Positions 59,167 to 64,000 of a stretch of 64,000 nt of DNA are shown in pieces. Each line of letters starts with the position of its first letter. Positions within the stretch are counted from its first letter, which is position 1. The DNA lies in contig OZ241892.1 in NCBI GenBank assembly GCA_965203485.1, forward strand, positions 1,344,001 to 1,408,000. Reading direction: 5' to 3'. The notes below the pieces were generated by a model that searched no databases, was not told the DNA's origin, and was given only the letters and a program-made list of their open reading frames with translations. Origin of the DNA: Longimicrobiales bacterium (GTDB lineage: Bacteria; Gemmatimonadota; Gemmatimonadetes; Longimicrobiales; Gaopeijiaceae). Position numbers and translations under genes: made by a program.

Positions 59167-60836
59167 TCCGGTCGCGGGTTCTGCCCGGCCGCCGGGCCGC
59201 CGGGCGCGGAGCGCGGTCGCGGCGGTCGGCAAGCTGGGTTCCGCGACCCGGCAGACCGCTCTTGGCTTGGACGCCGTTGGTCCTCGGCTCGCCGCTAGGC
59301 CAGGACGCGCCCCAGGACGCCGACTGCCGACTCCACGGAGTGGGCGCCTATTCGCGGAGCGTGCGCATTTCCGGCTCCGACAACTACCGGCATCACGGAT
59401 CGGGCGGCATCGACTACCGTTGCGACGACGGCGTGCGGATCCGGGGCGATTCGGCCGTCGTCTTCGAGGCCGACAACCAGATACACCTTTTTGGAAGCGT
59501 GCGGTTCGCCGACCGGAGCAGCGAGCTGGAAGCCGACAGCGCGTTCTACTTCGGCGCGGACAAGCAGCTGCGCGCTTGGGGCGACATCAGGGTCGAGGAT
59601 CACGCGAGCGGAGCGATCATCACCGGCCAGACGCTCAACTACTTTCGCGGATCCGCAATCCGCGCGCTCGACCGGCTGGACGTGTACGAGGGACGGCCCC
59701 ACGCCACGGTGCGCCCGCCGCGGCCGCTCCAGCCCGGCGGCGCCCGCGCGGACCCCGATTCGGCGCGCGCGGGAGCGTCCGGCGAAGCCGCGGCCGAGGA
59801 TCCCGAAGCGAGCGCCGCCGTCCCCTACGAGATCGACGCCGATCACTTCGTGCTCGAAGGAAGACGCTTCTTTCGGGCGCGAGACAACGTGGTCGTCGTT
59901 AGGGACTCGATCAGAATCACCGGCGACACGCTCGTCTACGACCTCGAGGGCGGCCTGATGACCGTTTCCGGCAACGCCCGCGTGGAAGAACAGGACTTCG
60001 TGCTGACGGCGCCGTCGCTGACCGCGCGGCCGGCCGGGCGCGGCGACGTGGTCCTGGCGCGCGGAGGCGCTCAACTGACGGGCCGAAGCATGCTGATGCT
60101 GGCCCCGGCCATCCGGGTCTTTCTCGCCGGAGGCGCCGCCGACCGCCTGTTGGCGCTGAGTCGCGTGCCGGCCTCCGAGCCGGTGTCCGCGCTGTCGCCC
60201 GACGACATGGTGGGGCTTTCGCCGGGCGACCAAGCACGCCTGCGGAGCCTCGTCCAGCGCGATGCGGACGCGGATGCCTCCGCAGCCCCGCCCGTCCAGC
60301 CTTCCGTCTCGACCACGGCCTTCAACCTGTGGGCCGACTCCATCGAGGTCGTTGCACCCGCCCAGGCGCTGGACGTCGTCAACGCGGTGGGCGCCGCCCG
60401 CGCGGAGACGCTGTCCAACCAGGCGGCCGCCGACTGGAACGCGCCGGAAGTTGCGGCCAAGGACTGGATGAAGGGGGACACGATCATCGCCCGGTTCGCC
60501 CCTGGCGAGCCCGCGGCGCCCGGCGAGCCGCCGTCCGCCCGGTTGGAGACCCTGACGGCTTCGGGCGGCGCCACGAGCTTCTACCGGTTGGCGCCGTCCG
60601 ACACGCTGGAGTCCGCCGGGGCCGCGCCGTCCCCCGCGCTCCACTATGTTGCGGGCGACCGCATCACGGTGCTGCTCGAGGGAGGCGAAGTGGTCCAAAT
60701 GGACGTGGAGGGCGCGACGGTGGGCCATCACTGGGAGCCCGCGCCGCCCGTGGCGGACACGGCCGCGCCGCCGCCCGACACCACCGGCCGAGGCGGCGCC
60801 GCGCCCGCGCTCGCTGGACGACGCCCGTGGACGTAG
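59163..60836 (+). CDS. Large OstA/LptA-like beta-jellyroll protein
   Basis: Repeated (A/G)D(S/T) beta motifs (RGDSA, EADSA, TGDTL, WADSI, KGDTI, AGDRI); directly upstream of lptB. Confidence 0.7.
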   Translation: MIRSRVLPGRRAAGRGARSRRSASWVPRPGRPLLAWTPLVLGSPLGQDAPQDADCRLHGVGAYSRSVRISGSDNYRHHGSGGIDYRCDDGVRIRGDSAVVFEADNQIHLFGSVRFADRSSELEADSAFYFGADKQLRAWGDIRVEDHASGAIITGQTLNYFRGSAIRALDRLDVYEGRPHATVRPPRPLQPGGARADPDSARAGASGEAAAEDPEASAAVPYEIDADHFVLEGRRFFRARDNVVVVRDSIRITGDTLVYDLEGGLMTVSGNARVEEQDFVLTAPSLTARPAGRGDVVLARGGAQLTGRSMLMLAPAIRVFLAGGAADRLLALSRVPASEPVSALSPDDMVGLSPGDQARLRSLVQRDADADASAAPPVQPSVSTTAFNLWADSIEVVAPAQALDVVNAVGAARAETLSNQAAADWNAPEVAAKDWMKGDTIIARFAPGEPAAPGEPPSARLETLTASGGATSFYRLAPSDTLESAGAAPSPALHYVAGDRITVLLEGGEVVQMDVEGATVGHHWEPAPPVADTAAPPPDTTGRGGAAPALAGRRPWT

Positions 60837-61681
60837 CGCGCTCCGCAGGCAGGACCGCCGCGCCCGCGCCGCACGCTCTCGGGGTCGCGGGCTCGTCCTC
60901 CGTCTCTCCCGGCGCAGGGCAGGCCCCTGCGCGATTGCGCGGCGAACGCCTCACGAAGATCTACCGCAAGACGGCCGTAGTGTCCGAGGTGGACATCTCG
61001 GTCCGCCAGCGCGAGATCGTCGGCCTTCTGGGGCCGAACGGCGCAGGCAAGACCACCCTCTTCTACATGCTGGTGGGCCTGATCCCTCCGAACGGCGGCC
61101 GAGTCTTTCTGGACGGCCGGGAACTCACCAGCGTGCCGATGTACAAGCGCGCCCGCCTGGGTGTGGGCTACCTGTCGCAGGAGCCCTCGGTGTTTCGCAA
61201 GCTCACGGTGGCGCAGAACGTGATGGCCATCCTCGAGACGCTGGACCTTTCGCGCAGGGAGCGTGCCGAGCGCCTGGACCGGCTCCTCGACGAACTCTCG
61301 ATCGGCCACCTCCGCGCGGCGAAGGCGTACACGCTGTCGGGAGGCGAGCGCCGCCGGCTGGAGATCACGCGCGCGCTCGTGCAGCGCCCCAAGTTCATGC
61401 TCCTCGACGAGCCGTTCGCGGGAATCGACCCCATCGCCGTCAACGACATCCAGGAAATCGTGTCGCGGCTGAGGACGCGCGACATCGGGGTCATCGTCTC
61501 GGACCACAACGTCGAGCAGACGCTCGACATCGTGGACAGGGCGTTCATCATGTACGAGGGCCGGATCAGGTGCAGCGGCACTGTACCGGAGCTCGTGTGG
61601 AACGACGAGGTGGCCGATCTCTACTTGGGCCCGAGCCTCACTGCGCGCATGAGGACGAGGTTCCCTCCTTCTGGGGCCTGA
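60827..61681 (+). CDS. lptB: LPS export ABC transporter ATP-binding protein
   Basis: GPNGAGKTT, YLSQEPSVFRKL, LSGGERRR, LDEPFAGIDP, DHNV. Confidence 0.96.
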   Translation: MDVARSAGRTAAPAPHALGVAGSSSVSPGAGQAPARLRGERLTKIYRKTAVVSEVDISVRQREIVGLLGPNGAGKTTLFYMLVGLIPPNGGRVFLDGRELTSVPMYKRARLGVGYLSQEPSVFRKLTVAQNVMAILETLDLSRRERAERLDRLLDELSIGHLRAAKAYTLSGGERRRLEITRALVQRPKFMLLDEPFAGIDPIAVNDIQEIVSRLRTRDIGVIVSDHNVEQTLDIVDRAFIMYEGRIRCSGTVPELVWNDEVADLYLGPSLTARMRTRFPPSGA

Positions 61682-61690
61682 CGGCCCGCG

Positions 61691-63202
61691 ATGAGCGCCG
61701 TGAGGTCGCCGGGCCAAGGCATGACGGGCCGGGCCGAGCACCAGCCCGGCCCGCGCCTGTACGAGGCGATGAACATCCTGGCGATGCCCATGGAGGAGGT
61801 GGAGGCTCGCGTTCAAGATGAGCTGTCGGCCAATCCGCTGCTCGAGGCCGAGGACGCCGGAGACGAGTACGACGAAGAGGAGAGGGACGACGACGAGGAC
61901 GAGGAGATCGAGGATCCGGAGGACGAGACGTTCGACTGGGACGACGCCTTCTTCGACGATGCGGACGCGCCGCCCGAGCGCGGGGTCCACGAGGCTCCCG
62001 ACTACCGGCAGTCCACGGTGGCCGTGACGCGAGGACTCCACGATCACCTGGAAGACCAGATCGGCCTGTTGCGCCTTGACGACCGGCAGACTGCGGTCGC
62101 GGGGGAGATCGTCGGCAACATCGACGACGACGGTTTTCTCGTCTGCACGGTCGGAGTCGTGGCGGACAGCTTGGCCGACCTGTTCCAGCCGGAGAGTGTG
62201 CAGGCATTGGAGCGCCGGGAGGGCGGGAAGGACGGCGCCTGCTCGGAGACGGAGACGGACCGCTTGGCGTTTGCGTTGGCCGAGGAGGCGTGCGAGGAGG
62301 TCGAGTCGGTCCTGCGGATCGTGCAGTCGCTCGACCCGGCCGGGGTGGGTGCGCGCGACCTGCCGGAGTGCCTAAGCATTCAATTGCGCCGGTCCGGCGC
62401 CGCGGGAACGCTGGCCGCCACGATCGTCGACCGGCGCTTCGACGCGTTCGTGGAGCGGCGTTGGACCGAGATTGCGGCGTCGCTCGGGGTCCCCCTCGCG
62501 GAAGTTGAGGAAGCAGCCCGCGAAATCGCCAAGCTGGAGCCCAAGCCGGGTAGGCGGCACGACGCCGGGGCGGAGCGCTACGTCGTGCCCGACCTCGTGC
62601 TGGAGCATGCCGCCGGCGAGTACCGGGTCTACGCCAACGATGCCGGCCGTCCGCGTCTTCGCCTGGCCCGCTCGTACGTGGAGGCGGCGGAGCAGGGCCG
62701 CCTGACGGACGAGAACAAGGAGTTCGTGGCGGAGAGGATGGCGGCGGCGACCTGGTTCCTCCAGGCCATCGAGCAACGGCGCAGGACCATCATCGAGCTG
62801 ATGGAGTTCATCGTCGACCGGCAACGCGCCTTCTTCGACAAGGGCGTTCGGCATCTGGCGCCGCTCACCATGCGCGAAGCAGCGGACGGGATCGGCGTGG
62901 CGGAGTCGACGATCTCGCGCGCGGTCAACGGAAAGTACGTTCAGTCGCCTTCGGGCGTGCACTCCCTTCGGTATTTTTTCTCCGGCGGCTTCAAGACGAT
63001 CTCCGGCGAGCCCGTGTCCGGTCGCGCGATCGAGGCCTGCATCGAGAAGCTGGTGGAGGACGAGGACCCCAAGCGCCCCTTGACCGACGAGGCAATCATG
63101 ACGCTCCTGAAGAGCGAAGGGATCAAGATCGCCCGCCGCACCGTGGCGAAGTACAGGGACTCGCTCGGCATCGCGAGCGCCCGCATGCGCGAACGCCCGT
63201 AG
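61691..63202 (+). CDS. rpoN: RNA polymerase sigma-54 factor
   Basis: NPLLE, DPAGVGAR.L.ECL, ESTISRA, RpoN box ARRTVAKYR. Confidence 0.96.
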   Translation: MSAVRSPGQGMTGRAEHQPGPRLYEAMNILAMPMEEVEARVQDELSANPLLEAEDAGDEYDEEERDDDEDEEIEDPEDETFDWDDAFFDDADAPPERGVHEAPDYRQSTVAVTRGLHDHLEDQIGLLRLDDRQTAVAGEIVGNIDDDGFLVCTVGVVADSLADLFQPESVQALERREGGKDGACSETETDRLAFALAEEACEEVESVLRIVQSLDPAGVGARDLPECLSIQLRRSGAAGTLAATIVDRRFDAFVERRWTEIAASLGVPLAEVEEAAREIAKLEPKPGRRHDAGAERYVVPDLVLEHAAGEYRVYANDAGRPRLRLARSYVEAAEQGRLTDENKEFVAERMAAATWFLQAIEQRRRTIIELMEFIVDRQRAFFDKGVRHLAPLTMREAADGIGVAESTISRAVNGKYVQSPSGVHSLRYFFSGGFKTISGEPVSGRAIEACIEKLVEDEDPKRPLTDEAIMTLLKSEGIKIARRTVAKYRDSLGIASARMRERP

Positions 63203-63246
63203 CGCTGGACCAGCCCTCGGAGACCCGCCGCCCCTTGCTTGTTCGC

Positions 63247-64000
63247 ATGCCCGCCGAGAACGCCCCGGACCGTGCCGGCGGCGCCGGCGCCCGGGAGGTT
63301 CCGGCGCGTCGGGCCTACGACGACTTCGCTCTCGTGGTGCCCGCCTACGACGAAGAGCCGAACATGGCCGAGCTGATACGCCAGCTCCGGGCAACGTTCG
63401 CCGAGTTCCGGTTGGGCGGCGACGTGATCATCGTCGACGACGGGTCCACGGACGGCACGGCCCGGCGCGCGGAAGAAGTCTCTGCGGGCTGGGCCAGGCT
63501 GCGGGTCCTGCGCCATCGCGCCAACATGGGCAAGACCGAAGCTCTGCTCACGGCCGCCGCCGCGACCGACAAGAAGTATATCGTGCTCTTCGACGCCGAT
63601 CTTCAGCACCTTCCGCAAGAGATCCCTCGTTTTCTCGACAAGCTCGACGAGGGCTGGGACATCGTCACGGCGCGCAAGGTGGGCGCGTACGACAAGCGGG
63701 CCGTCTCTTCGATCTACAACGCGCTGAGCCGCCGCGTCTTTGCGGTGCCCGTGAGCGACCTCAACTCGATGAAGGCGTTTCGGGCGGACATTCTGGACAT
63801 GGTGCGGCTCCGCCACGACTGGCACCGCTTCTTCGTGGTGATGGCCTACGCGGCCGGCTGCAGCGCGACGGAGATCGACGTCGACCTGCATCCGCGGATG
63901 GCCGGCAAGTCGAAGTACTCCGGCACGGGACGCATCTTCGTCGGCCTGCTGGACTTGGCGGCGGTCTGGTTCCAGGTCCGGCTGTCCCGCAAGCCGATGC
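63247..64000 (+). CDS. Glycosyltransferase family 2 (DPM/ArnC-like), truncated by the window edge
   Basis: Manual translation: VVPAYDEE, IVDDGSTDGT, FDADLQH, HPR.AG.SKY. Confidence 0.9.
   Translation, partial: MPAENAPDRAGGAGAREVPARRAYDDFALVVPAYDEEPNMAELIRQLRATFAEFRLGGDVIIVDDGSTDGTARRAEEVSAGWARLRVLRHRANMGKTEALLTAAAATDKKYIVLFDADLQHLPQEIPRFLDKLDEGWDIVTARKVGAYDKRAVSSIYNALSRRVFAVPVSDLNSMKAFRADILDMVRLRHDWHRFFVVMAYAAGCSATEIDVDLHPRMAGKSKYSGTGRIFVGLLDLAAVWFQVRLSRKPM

Overview
High-GC (roughly 70-75% by inspection) bacterial chromosome segment. Gene content and order (LPS kds/lpt genes, ndk-yceD-rpmF-plsX-fab cluster, lineage-typical hypotheticals) suggest Gemmatimonadota; this is inference, not a search result. 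It is mostly a housekeeping backbone on the + strand: prs-rplY-pth-hppA, rpsF/rpsR-rplI-rsfS-smc-aroF-yraN, SRP RNA-dnaX-ybaB-recR, pgsA-cinA-grpE-dnaJ, sucCD-ndk-rpmF-plsX-fabHDG-acpP-fabF-ispF-dedA-xerD, nadE-rnhA, trpG/pabA-kdsB-pyrG-kdsA-kdsC-kdsD-lptCAB-rpoN-GT2. One small accessory islet (about 14.2-17.5 kb) holds two IS remnants, an orphan lipoprotein and a Schlafen/AlbA_2 protein with an unusual C-terminus. Most notable observations: (1) ribosomal proteins bS6 and bS18 are encoded as one polypeptide joined by a 127-aa acidic linker; (2) the SRP RNA has a UUGCC loop where the conserved GNRA tetraloop is expected; (3) two short AT-rich, in-frame patches inside smc and kdsC each carry an inverted repeat and share a spaced motif; (4) two apparently separate secreted-protein genes are joined in frame with no stop codon; (5) a candidate Schlafen-type defence gene. 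No tRNA, rRNA or CRISPR array was seen. Starts were adjusted by eye from the ORF track.
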